Of a DNA stretch of 64,000 bases, positions 19,086-27,525 are shown in pieces. Numbering within the stretch: the stretch's first letter is position 1; every line of letters begins with the position of its first letter. The stretch is taken from NCBI GenBank assembly GCA_963702895.1, contig OY969767.1, positions 1,568,001 to 1,632,000 on the forward strand. The letters are read 5' to 3'. Origin of the DNA: an uncultured Elusimicrobia bacterium (GTDB lineage Bacteria > Elusimicrobiota > Elusimicrobia > 2-01-FULL-59-12). Both the position numbers and the translations under genes were made by a program. The notes beneath the pieces are model-generated. The model made no database searches and had not been told where the DNA came from. It was given only the letters and a program-made list of their open reading frames with translations.

Positions 19086-19756
19086 TGGGCACCTCCCTTG
19101 TCCGGTGTCGCGGCATCGGCCGGCGCATAGAGCGCCTCCGCCATCATCTCGGCAAAGGACCGGATGAGATCATCCAGATAGCCATTGATCAGTGTTTCCG
19201 AACGGCACGTCCAGACGTTCTTTCCCCCCGCAGTTTCGAAGACTTTCGTTTCCAAAACCGCCACGGTTTGATCGACCGTATATCCTGGGGTCGTCACAAC
19301 CTTGGCCGATTCGTTGTAGTACGCCAGAGGCCCTTCCAGAGGATCGGGCGGGACCTCGGACGTGCTTCCCGGGACCGAGGTTTCCACCGTTTTCCTGTCA
19401 ATCAAACGGGTGATGAGGACGGAACTGATTTGCTTCTGTCGGACCCAAGGCTCGAGCGTTGCGCGAGTGACGCCATCGATCGTCGGAAACGACTCGTAGG
19501 AACGCACGGCGATCATGCCTCTTTGCCGGAATTCCGACGCCACCAGAGCCTCAAACATTCGCCGCCGATCCGGGTTGGGTAAGACGCCGATCACGAGCAT
19601 CCGCCTCAACACGTCCGGCCGAAAGGCGGGATCTCTTTGGATCGCAGCCAGTCGCGTGGAGGGCCTCGTGGTGATGCAACCGGGCATCACGGCAAGCAAC
19701 ACCACGAGCCCCGCGAGAAGCCGTGTCCATGACATGAAAAGTCGTGCCATGTTCAC
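19082..19756 (-). CDS. Lipoprotein (DUF4136-like)
   Basis: Lipobox MPGC; RR.FE and LETKVF..W pattern. Confidence 0.65.
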   Translation of the reverse strand: MNMARLFMSWTRLLAGLVVLLAVMPGCITTRPSTRLAAIQRDPAFRPDVLRRMLVIGVLPNPDRRRMFEALVASEFRQRGMIAVRSYESFPTIDGVTRATLEPWVRQKQISSVLITRLIDRKTVETSVPGSTSEVPPDPLEGPLAYYNESAKVVTTPGYTVDQTVAVLETKVFETAGGKNVWTCRSETLINGYLDDLIRSFAEMMAEALYAPADAATPDKGGAQ

Positions 19757-19772
19757 TTCAGGAGAGACCCCC

Positions 19773-20456
19773 TTATTTCGCTTGAACGGATTCGGCTAGA
19801 TTTTTGTCAAGCAGCATGATTTCGATACGGCGGTTTCTCTGCTTGTTCTCAGGCGTATCATTGGGCGCGACGGGCGCATACTCGCCACGTCCGGAGATGA
19901 TGAGCCGTTCCGGCGGCACGCCGGCATCCTGAAGGAAGCGAACGACGTTGGTCGCGCGGATCGCCGAGAGTTCCCAGTTGGTCGGATAGGTGGCCTGGGT
20001 GCCCTTGGAGACGGGGACATTGTCCGTATGTCCCACCACACGAATGTACTTGTCCGCATAGGACCTTAAGGCGCTGGCGAGCTTCCGAAGCACTTCTTTG
20101 CCGCCCTCTTTGAGCATCGCACTGCCGGAAGCAAAGAAGATCTTTTCCGCCACGTCCACCGTGAGCATGTTCTGATACTGGGTCACTTTGAGCTGGCCCT
20201 TCTGGAGCTCATCCGAGAGTTGGCTCACCAGCTCGTTGTATTGCGTTTGCGTCTGAGCGCTGGCTTTGGCGAGAGCTTCTTTTTCGGCCGCGATCGCTGA
20301 TTTTTCCTGCTCCAGGCTTGACACCTGACCCTGGAGTTGAGAGATCTGCTGGTTCTTATCTGTTTCGAGCTTCTTGTATTTACCCGTACTGACACATCCG
20401 GTGAGCAGGGACAAACCTAAAACGCCGAAGAGTACCGCGTGGATGTTGCTATACAT
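19773..20456 (-). CDS. OmpA/MotB-family lipoprotein with coiled coil
   Basis: Lipobox LTGC; F.SGSA, VGHTDN, NWELSA.RA, NRRIEI. Confidence 0.88.
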   Translation of the reverse strand: MYSNIHAVLFGVLGLSLLTGCVSTGKYKKLETDKNQQISQLQGQVSSLEQEKSAIAAEKEALAKASAQTQTQYNELVSQLSDELQKGQLKVTQYQNMLTVDVAEKIFFASGSAMLKEGGKEVLRKLASALRSYADKYIRVVGHTDNVPVSKGTQATYPTNWELSAIRATNVVRFLQDAGVPPERLIISGRGEYAPVAPNDTPENKQRNRRIEIMLLDKNLAESVQAK

Positions 20457-20504
20457 AGGACAGCCTCCTTATTTAATGATGATGTCTTAAATCTTACTGA
20501 ACGC

Positions 20505-20659
20505 TAACCGGGAATCTTCTGTTGACGTCACCCCGGTGAAAACCGGGGTCTATCATGTTTCGACGGAAATGATGGATCCCGGCCTTCGCCGGGATGACGG
20601 CATTAAAAAATCCCGAAGTCTCATTCGATAAGCGACATTCAACTGAACTTTTCCGGCTA
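20505..20659. mobile_element. MITE/REP composite copy D (minimal 155-bp form)
   Basis: TA-ACCGGGAATCTTCTGTTGA...TCAACTGAACTTTTCCGGC-TA enclosing CGTCACCCCGG..GGGATGACG hairpins. Confidence 0.72.
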
Positions 20660-20663
20660 ACCT

Positions 20664-21557
20664 TTACCAATGGAACGACAGATAGCTGAACAGGCTGTTC
20701 CAGGCGTTGGTGATTTTGAACGTATTGTCGCCCGCGGGACCCTTGAGATCCAACGTAAACCGGTCGTACCCGACGCCCAAAGTCCAGCGCTTCGCGAGTT
20801 TGTACGTCAGGCCGATGTTAAGGTCGGATTGCGCACCTTCCCAGTCGCCGTAGGCGAAGTAAAACCAATCGGCGGAGAAAAACGTCCCCCAGCGCGGCGA
20901 CAGTTTACATTCCACGTTGATCCCGGCGGTCGGAAGCGGCGCCGCAAGCGTGGTGGACTGCGAAGCGATGCCGGTGGTCGTCGTTTGACTTCCATCGGCT
21001 GCCGTTCGGGTGATGGTGCCGTCTGCCGTCACGGTCATTTTGATTTTCCCGTAGTAAATGCCGCCGCCGATATCAAAGTTGATCTGGTCGGTCTTCACCA
21101 TGCTGTAACGGTAGAGCAGCCGGTTCAGCCGGATATCGATCTGGGTGTCCAGCTGCGCACCGGCGCCATAGGTCTGATCGCCAAAGTCAATCGACCGATC
21201 GATCCTCCTGACCCCGGTGCGATTGACGTCATACCAAGTGTAGGACAAGCCGTGCTTGCGATTGATGTGCCAGATACCGTCGAAGCGGAAGGTCGAATTG
21301 CTGGTCTCGCCATTCAATGTTTCATCGTAATCGACCACCGTCCCGAACCCGCTCGGTCGCGATAAAGACGCCGTCGTATTCGCGCCAAACACCCAGCCGC
21401 CGCCCAAGCGGATGTCAAACCGGTCATAATCCCGGGCCGACGCGACTTGCGGAGGTGGCTCTCCTTCGGTCTTCCCGATGGCGGGCACCATCATGAGAAT
21501 TCCCAACAGCGAGCAAGAGACAGCCAAGCGTTCCCAGATCCGAATAGTTGTGTGCAT
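20664..21557 (-). CDS. Outer-membrane beta-barrel protein
   Basis: Signal peptide; APLPT.G; C-terminal YLSFHW. Confidence 0.7.
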   Translation of the reverse strand: MHTTIRIWERLAVSCSLLGILMMVPAIGKTEGEPPPQVASARDYDRFDIRLGGGWVFGANTTASLSRPSGFGTVVDYDETLNGETSNSTFRFDGIWHINRKHGLSYTWYDVNRTGVRRIDRSIDFGDQTYGAGAQLDTQIDIRLNRLLYRYSMVKTDQINFDIGGGIYYGKIKMTVTADGTITRTAADGSQTTTTGIASQSTTLAAPLPTAGINVECKLSPRWGTFFSADWFYFAYGDWEGAQSDLNIGLTYKLAKRWTLGVGYDRFTLDLKGPAGDNTFKITNAWNSLFSYLSFHW

Positions 21558-21569
21558 GTTTGTTCTCCT

Positions 21570-22208
21570 TTAGAAAGTGAATGTAATTGTAAATTCTGGG
21601 TAGGCGGTTGAGCAATAAGTATTCACATCCGAGTCACAGTCCAATTGCTGTTCGTAGACGATGCCCACACCTCCGTAAAGACGATTTCCAAGAGGCATAT
21701 AGGCCCCCGCGCGACCGCCCCAAGAGTCGAGCGGGTCCTCATTGCTGTAAAAGACGCGTCGGTAAAAAGCGCCCAGGTAGGGGAAGATCTTTTGCTTGTA
21801 GGCAAAGACGTAACGCAGGCCCGGCGTAACCTTATAAATTTGAGGGGAATTGCCAAACCAGACTTCGCCATCAAGACCCGCCTCCAGCCCGTTCATCAAA
21901 AAATAGCCGTAGCCGCCGGAAATGAGGGCGTAGCTGCCATTGGAGGCAGATCCCCATCCGGCGCCTAAGCTGAGACGCGACCGGCCGCGGCTGATCCATC
22001 CGGAGGCCCCGAGCGAGCGCGTCGAGCCTCCTGTGGCGCTCATCCCCCCTCCGGAAGAGATCTCGGGACTGTCACTGACCGCATCGGGTGAAGCCGCCGC
22101 TTCGACGGCAGGCGGAGACTCCGCAACAGAGCCAGAGGCGACAAGACTCATAACGACACCCGCACATGCCAACCACTTCAGGCTTCGCTTCATATGATTG
22201 TTTTCCAT
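21570..22208 (-). CDS. Outer-membrane beta-barrel protein
   Basis: Signal peptide; Gly/aromatic strands; C-terminal FTITFTF. Confidence 0.7.
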   Translation of the reverse strand: MENNHMKRSLKWLACAGVVMSLVASGSVAESPPAVEAAASPDAVSDSPEISSGGGMSATGGSTRSLGASGWISRGRSRLSLGAGWGSASNGSYALISGGYGYFLMNGLEAGLDGEVWFGNSPQIYKVTPGLRYVFAYKQKIFPYLGAFYRRVFYSNEDPLDSWGGRAGAYMPLGNRLYGGVGIVYEQQLDCDSDVNTYCSTAYPEFTITFTF

Positions 22209-22229
22209 ATATAGGGAGGATCCAGAGTT

Positions 22230-22853
22230 TTAGTGTCGAAATATGGATCTGTCTACGCGTCCCGCAAATTCACGGATGAGGGCGTCCTTGTTAGCACCTT
22301 CTTGAACTTGGGTGCGCGAATCCGCTGACCAGAGCAGCTTCTCGGTCTTGGCGTCATAGAGCCGGGTTTCGACCACGGCTGTATTTTCCGTAATCGTATA
22401 ACCCGACTCATCGATCATCCGATACGTCGAATCGTAATAGCCGTAATACCCCGCGTGGCCAGAGGCGTGGAAAGAGGGACCGATTTGCGCCTGGGACGCG
22501 ACCTCTTTTTCCACCGTCTCCACATAGACTAAACGCGAGACGACCACGGTGTCAAAGGATTGTTCCGAGACGACTCGCTTAAGCCCTTCCTTATCCCAGC
22601 GGGCACCTTGCGGAGAAAGGGAAGAGGCAGCGGTCGCTTGGAGATTGCGTTTGGAAAAGTTTTTCACGAGAGACTCTTCGAGAAGCTGTTGCTTGTCCAG
22701 ACCTACTCCGAGGACAAGAATCTTCTTTATTTGACCGGGCGAAAAGGTTGGATCCTTCCATGATTTCACGACCTGGGTCGTCGCACACGAAGACAATAGC
22801 CCGATCAGCATGAGGAGTCCGGGTGCCATCGTAGCGCAATAGAGCTTCCTCAT
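22230..22853 (-). CDS. Lipoprotein (DUF4136-like)
   Basis: Lipobox LSSC; KKILVLG; ETRLYD..KLLWS. Confidence 0.68.
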   Translation of the reverse strand: MRKLYCATMAPGLLMLIGLLSSCATTQVVKSWKDPTFSPGQIKKILVLGVGLDKQQLLEESLVKNFSKRNLQATAASSLSPQGARWDKEGLKRVVSEQSFDTVVVSRLVYVETVEKEVASQAQIGPSFHASGHAGYYGYYDSTYRMIDESGYTITENTAVVETRLYDAKTEKLLWSADSRTQVQEGANKDALIREFAGRVDRSIFRH

Positions 22854-22940
22854 CGCACAGACTCCGTCATGAGCTGACCCATTCCGTGTACTGTCGAATG
22901 ATTAACATCAAAACGGATTATAGATTATATTGTTATTGTG

Positions 22941-22970
22941 TTGACGCGCGATTGCACCTGATGATACTAT
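22941..22970 (+). promoter_or_regulatory. Putative sigma70 promoter of the patatin gene
   Basis: TTGACG-N18-TACTAT in an AT-rich divergent intergenic region. Confidence 0.35.
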
Positions 22971-22978
22971 CATCATAG

Positions 22979-25192
22979 ATGTCACCCACTCGTCTCTCAT
23001 TAGCGCTCCTGCTGTTGATCGCCCCATGCACGAGCGCCTTCTCTGCCAACCCTCAACGACGAAAGATAGGACTCGTTCTCTCCGGAGGCGGCGCGCGCGG
23101 GGCTGCCCATGTCGGGGTGCTAAAAGTTTTGGAAGAACTGCGAATTCCGGTTGACTTCATCGCGGGAACCAGCATGGGCTCGGCCGTTGGTGGCCTCTAC
23201 GCGACAGGGCTTTCCGCCGAGGAAATGAACAAGATTTTTGAAAAGTTCGACTGGGACGCCGCGTTTAACGATTCTCCGCCGCGCCGAGAACGCTCCTTCC
23301 GCCGCAAGCAAGATGATCAGAATGGCCTGGTGAAAGCCCGCGTGGGCATTGGCGCAAACGGCCTTGAGTTCCCCCGCGGCATCGTGGAAGGGCAAAATTT
23401 CGTCACCGAGTTGCGAAAGCTGGGGCATATCACGCAGGACCTGCCTTCCTTTGATGAGCTGCCCACGCCCTTCCGGGCGCTGGCCACCGATGTCGTGACC
23501 GCGGAAAGCGTCGTCATCAGCTCCGGGGACCTCGCCATGGCCATTCGCGCGAGCGTCGCCATCGCGCCGCTTTTTTCTCCCGTCGAATACCAGGGTCGTC
23601 TCCTGTCGGATGGCGGCTATTTGAACAACATCCCCGTCAACGTCGCCCGGGACATGGGAGCCAACGAGGTGATTGTCGTCAATATCGGGACGCCGCTCGC
23701 CAAACGCGAAACGATCCGGTCCGTGATGGATGTGATGTCCCAAACAGCGCGAGTGGGAGGCACCCAATTTGATCAGCAGCAGATCAAGTCGATCACGTCC
23801 AAGGACCTCTTGATTGAGCCGGATCTGACGGGGCTTTCATTCGTCGATTTTGGGAAAGTCCCCGAGATGATCCAGCGCGGCGAAGCAACGGCGAGAGCGA
23901 TGATCGATCAGCTTCGCCGCTATTCCGTCTCCGAGGCAGAATACGCAGCGTGGAAATCGCGCCGCAAAGGCATACAGCCCTGGCCGGTGATCCAGGAAAT
24001 CGAGATACACAATCACAGCAACATTCACACCGATATTATCCGCCCTTTCATCAGTCAGCCGGTTGGAGCGCCGCTGGATCCCGTCGTGATGCAGCAGGAC
24101 CTCGGGCGCGTCTACGGACTCGGCTATTTCGAATTTGTCGACTATACGGTGGTCCCGAGCACCGCGGGAGCCAAGCTCATCATCAACGCCCCTCGCAAAT
24201 CTTGGGGACCGAATTATCTGCGCTTCGGGGTCAAATTTATCGATGATTTTAACGGCAGTTCGCAGTACCAACTGGCCTCGCGCTTTACGATGACCGAGCT
24301 CAACAAAATGGGCGGGGAGTTTCAGAGCGACCTGGGCATCGGGACCAATTCACGCCTGGGCCTAGAGTACTATCAGCCGTTTCTCTACAGCAAGCAGCGT
24401 TTCGACAAAGGCGCCGCTTATTTTGTCACGCCCGTCTTCGGTGCCGAGCGAGCGACAGAAGAGGTGATCGTCGACGGCGAACGCGCCCTTGAATACCGCG
24501 TTAACCGCTATCTCTCTGGGATCGACCTCGGGCGTCAATTCAGCAATTACGCCGAGCTGCGCGGCGGCTTCCGCAAGTCCATAACGGACTCTGATCTGCG
24601 GGTCGGCACACCACCGGCCGGCCTGGAAGACCCCCAGTTCGATGATGCCTACGTTAGGGCCATCCTCCGCTACGACACGCTTGACAAGGTGGCCTTCCCC
24701 ACCCGAGGCGGCATAGGATACCTGGAGTGGCGCAATACCGTCCAAGCCATGGGCTCCGATTTCGATTACCAGAGCCTCGACCTTTCCGCCCAGCACTTTT
24801 GGCCGTGGAAAAAGAACACCTTCGCCGCCCGCGGCGTTTACTCCACCAACCTGGATCGGAGTACCAGCCGTCCACGTCCCTACGATCTCGGGGGATTTCT
24901 CTTCATGTCCGGGTTTAAGGAAAATGAAATGGTGGGAACCGACCGCATACTCGGACAGCTCCAGTACTATTACGAAATGGGAAAACTCGCAAAGTCTCCT
25001 TGGTATCTAGGTGTTATCGCTGAAGCGGGAGGGACCTGGTTCGGAGAAAGCGATATCACGCTTTCTTCCACCAAGACCTCCGGCACTCTCTTTCTGGGTG
25101 TGGACAGCTTCTTCGGCCCACTCTACCTAGGCTACACGTACGCCAGCGGCGGCAACAGCAGCGCGGCCTTCCTCCTCGGCGTACGCTACTAA
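22979..25192 (+). CDS. Patatin-like phospholipase with POTRA and Omp85-type barrel (PlpD-like)
   Basis: GGGARG, GTSMG, DGG; POTRA-like segment; barrel ending LLGVRY. Confidence 0.85.
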   Translation: MSPTRLSLALLLLIAPCTSAFSANPQRRKIGLVLSGGGARGAAHVGVLKVLEELRIPVDFIAGTSMGSAVGGLYATGLSAEEMNKIFEKFDWDAAFNDSPPRRERSFRRKQDDQNGLVKARVGIGANGLEFPRGIVEGQNFVTELRKLGHITQDLPSFDELPTPFRALATDVVTAESVVISSGDLAMAIRASVAIAPLFSPVEYQGRLLSDGGYLNNIPVNVARDMGANEVIVVNIGTPLAKRETIRSVMDVMSQTARVGGTQFDQQQIKSITSKDLLIEPDLTGLSFVDFGKVPEMIQRGEATARAMIDQLRRYSVSEAEYAAWKSRRKGIQPWPVIQEIEIHNHSNIHTDIIRPFISQPVGAPLDPVVMQQDLGRVYGLGYFEFVDYTVVPSTAGAKLIINAPRKSWGPNYLRFGVKFIDDFNGSSQYQLASRFTMTELNKMGGEFQSDLGIGTNSRLGLEYYQPFLYSKQRFDKGAAYFVTPVFGAERATEEVIVDGERALEYRVNRYLSGIDLGRQFSNYAELRGGFRKSITDSDLRVGTPPAGLEDPQFDDAYVRAILRYDTLDKVAFPTRGGIGYLEWRNTVQAMGSDFDYQSLDLSAQHFWPWKKNTFAARGVYSTNLDRSTSRPRPYDLGGFLFMSGFKENEMVGTDRILGQLQYYYEMGKLAKSPWYLGVIAEAGGTWFGESDITLSSTKTSGTLFLGVDSFFGPLYLGYTYASGGNSSAAFLLGVRY

Positions 25193-25222
25193 TAGGGTCA
25201 GCTAATCGGAGACAATCGAAAG

Positions 25223-25813
25223 ATGTCCTATATGAAACGAATTGCTCCCTTTCTAACGGTCGCCTTTTTCTTAAGCGGCTGCGCCTCCACGCAAATGCAG
25301 AAGGTGGAGCGGGCTCCCGGTTTTCAGAGCGCACAGATCCGAAAGGTCCTCGTCATTTCGGCTGCGAAAATGCCGGAGCGGCGACGCGCGATTGAGGAGG
25401 AATTTTCCAGCCAATGGAAGAAGCGAAAGGTGAATGCAGTCGCCAGCTACACCTTGATTCAGGACCTCTCCTCGCAAAACAAAGAGAGCGTCGCGACACT
25501 CGCACGAGAACAGCGCTTCGATAGCGTTCTGCTCGGGCAGTTGAAGAAGCGCGGCGAGATCACGCCTCAATATCCCAACCAGGCCCAGAAAGATAGCGCG
25601 GGGATGACGGAGGACATTCAGGTCACCATCGCCTCCCCGCAGGATCCGATCGATTTCGAAGCGGCGATCATCACGACCAAGCTCTACGATGTCGCAACAG
25701 AACAACTGCAATGGACCGGAGTGAGCCAAACCATCATCATCAGCGGAAATGTCCAAGATGTGTTCAAGCCGCTCGTGAAGACCATCCTCAAAAGCCTCTA
25801 CGAAAAGCCCTAG
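25223..25813 (+). CDS. Lipoprotein (DUF4136-like)
   Basis: Lipobox LSGC; RKVLVI, RR.IEE, TKLYD..LQW. Confidence 0.68.
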   Translation: MSYMKRIAPFLTVAFFLSGCASTQMQKVERAPGFQSAQIRKVLVISAAKMPERRRAIEEEFSSQWKKRKVNAVASYTLIQDLSSQNKESVATLAREQRFDSVLLGQLKKRGEITPQYPNQAQKDSAGMTEDIQVTIASPQDPIDFEAAIITTKLYDVATEQLQWTGVSQTIIISGNVQDVFKPLVKTILKSLYEKP

Positions 25814-25821
25814 TCAGTTGA

Positions 25822-26020
25822 AGTATCGGAGTATCGGAGTATCGGAGTGCCGGAGTAACGGCGTAACGGAGTATCGGCGGAACGGGGTATCGGAGTAATG
25901 GCGTAACGGAGTAATGGGGTATCGGAGTGCCGTGCGTGGGGAGGAACGGAGTACCGGTTCGTCGGTTTAGCTCAAAACAGCTTTTGTGCTGTTACTCCGA
26001 TACTCCGATACCCCGTTACT
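25822..26020. repeat. Octamer tandem repeat (GTATCGGA/GTAACGGA) with inverted arm
   Basis: About 13 octamers, then reverse-complement TACTCCGA copies, between convergent genes. Confidence 0.8.
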
Positions 26021-26029
26021 TCTATCGCG

Positions 26030-26686
26030 TTAACGGGCGGGCAAGAGCCCCGCGGAGGCGGCTTCTTCGACACAACGTTTGGCGATGAGTTTTTGGACTT
26101 TGCTGGTAGGCAAATCGTGAGGAATTTTCACGGGGACAGTGTTGTGCCACTGCAGATGGCCCGTCGACGTTCGGTAAACGCTCATGCCCACCTTCATCAT
26201 CTGGTAGCCCGTCTGACCGCTTGACCCAGGGATCGGCTGTCTCCCCGGGGCTCTGGGCATTGTTTCCACATACGTCTCTCCCTTCACGGGCTCGATGAGG
26301 ATCGGCTCTGCTCCCGGTGCCTGCGGAACGGCTTGGGATTTCAAAAAGTCTTCGAAAGAAGCAGGCGTCTTGCGGCTCGGCATTCGGATGTTTCGTTGCG
26401 TGCGCAGCACAAGGATAGAATCAAAAAGCTCTTTCTTTAATTGATTTTGTATCTCCGAGGGCTTCCAGGTCTTCTCAGACGGAAAGAGGGTCTCATAGGA
26501 AGCCGACTCCACTTGCCGGCCGGCCAGAAGCGCGCGCACTTCAAGCTCCGTATCACGGACGACTTTCGGGTCATTCCCTACGACCATGACCGCGACTTTC
26601 TGCAGCGGCCCGGAGTCATTCGAAACGGCTGCCCCCATGGGGCGGGCCAGAGCGCTGACCAGGATCAAAAGGAAGACCTTTTTCAT
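26030..26686 (-). CDS. Exported hypothetical protein (distant DUF4136-like)
   Basis: Signal peptide MKKVFLL; FDSILV, .Y..TG.LQW. Confidence 0.55.
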   Translation of the reverse strand: MKKVFLLILVSALARPMGAAVSNDSGPLQKVAVMVVGNDPKVVRDTELEVRALLAGRQVESASYETLFPSEKTWKPSEIQNQLKKELFDSILVLRTQRNIRMPSRKTPASFEDFLKSQAVPQAPGAEPILIEPVKGETYVETMPRAPGRQPIPGSSGQTGYQMMKVGMSVYRTSTGHLQWHNTVPVKIPHDLPTSKVQKLIAKRCVEEAASAGLLPAR

Positions 26687-27027
26687 GGTTGGGGAGCAGA
26701 GCTCTTTTCGGGTTCCATGACCGCGCAGCCAACATTGCCTTCCTGGCACCAGATCACAAGCGTCTTGTTTTCACCACACCCAGACACAAGAATGGAGTAT
26801 TTCGCCTGACGACCACTGCCCGTCCAGGCAGCCTGACCGACGGGAGGTGTGGTGACTTCGCTGGTGATGACTTGGGTTTTGGGCGCTGGGCAGCGCCAGG
26901 TCAGCCTTGCCCTGTCCGTGGCTGCCTCCAAAGCGCTCGCTTCGTTGTCAATCAAAAGACGCGACTTGGTGGCGCAACCCGCCAGCAGCATCATTCCCAG
27001 AATCCCTATGTTGATGCGCTTGTCCAT
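26683..27027 (-). CDS. Small Cys-containing lipoprotein
   Basis: Lipobox LAGC; ribosome-binding site; overlaps the next gene. Confidence 0.7.
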   Translation of the reverse strand: MDKRINIGILGMMLLAGCATKSRLLIDNEASALEAATDRARLTWRCPAPKTQVITSEVTTPPVGQAAWTGSGRQAKYSILVSGCGENKTLVIWCQEGNVGCAVMEPEKSSAPQP

Positions 27028-27039
27028 GTCTTGCCTTCC

Positions 27040-27435
27040 TTAATAGTCCGGCTGTATCGGAAGCGCTAAGAGTTTGTCGTAGTGTTTCCGGCATTCCGGA
27101 ATCAGTTGGTTCTTCCACGCCTTGAGGCACTTAATCCGGGCAAGCGCGTCCTGGGGTTCCATGGCGCAATAGTGCTGTATGTCCGGAGCGCAGGCGTTAC
27201 GCGCCCTCTGGACATGCTTATCGATCTTGGCGATGCTTTTTTGACAAGCGGGTGAGAGATCCTCGAGATGCTCGACCATACAGGTAAAGATTCTCCCCTT
27301 TCCGCGATCGATCGTTCCGCAAAGGTTGGCTTCATCCAAAATACAAGGGTCGGTCTGGGCGCGCGCCGGCGAACTCGCCAAGGCACCGAAGATCCCCAAG
27401 GACATCAGAAAGATTCGTACGCATTCCTTCTTCAT
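27040..27435 (-). CDS. Exported cysteine-rich repeat protein
   Basis: Two C..D...C..C......L...C repeats; GGAGG ribosome-binding site. Confidence 0.75.
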   Translation of the reverse strand: MKKECVRIFLMSLGIFGALASSPARAQTDPCILDEANLCGTIDRGKGRIFTCMVEHLEDLSPACQKSIAKIDKHVQRARNACAPDIQHYCAMEPQDALARIKCLKAWKNQLIPECRKHYDKLLALPIQPDY

Positions 27436-27525
27436 GATTAGGCCTCCTTCGTTCACGCCGGTATATTCTAGCCGAACAAGACACCGAACACCAGCGCTGT
27501 TTCCGAGCGCGGAGATTGCGGTAAA

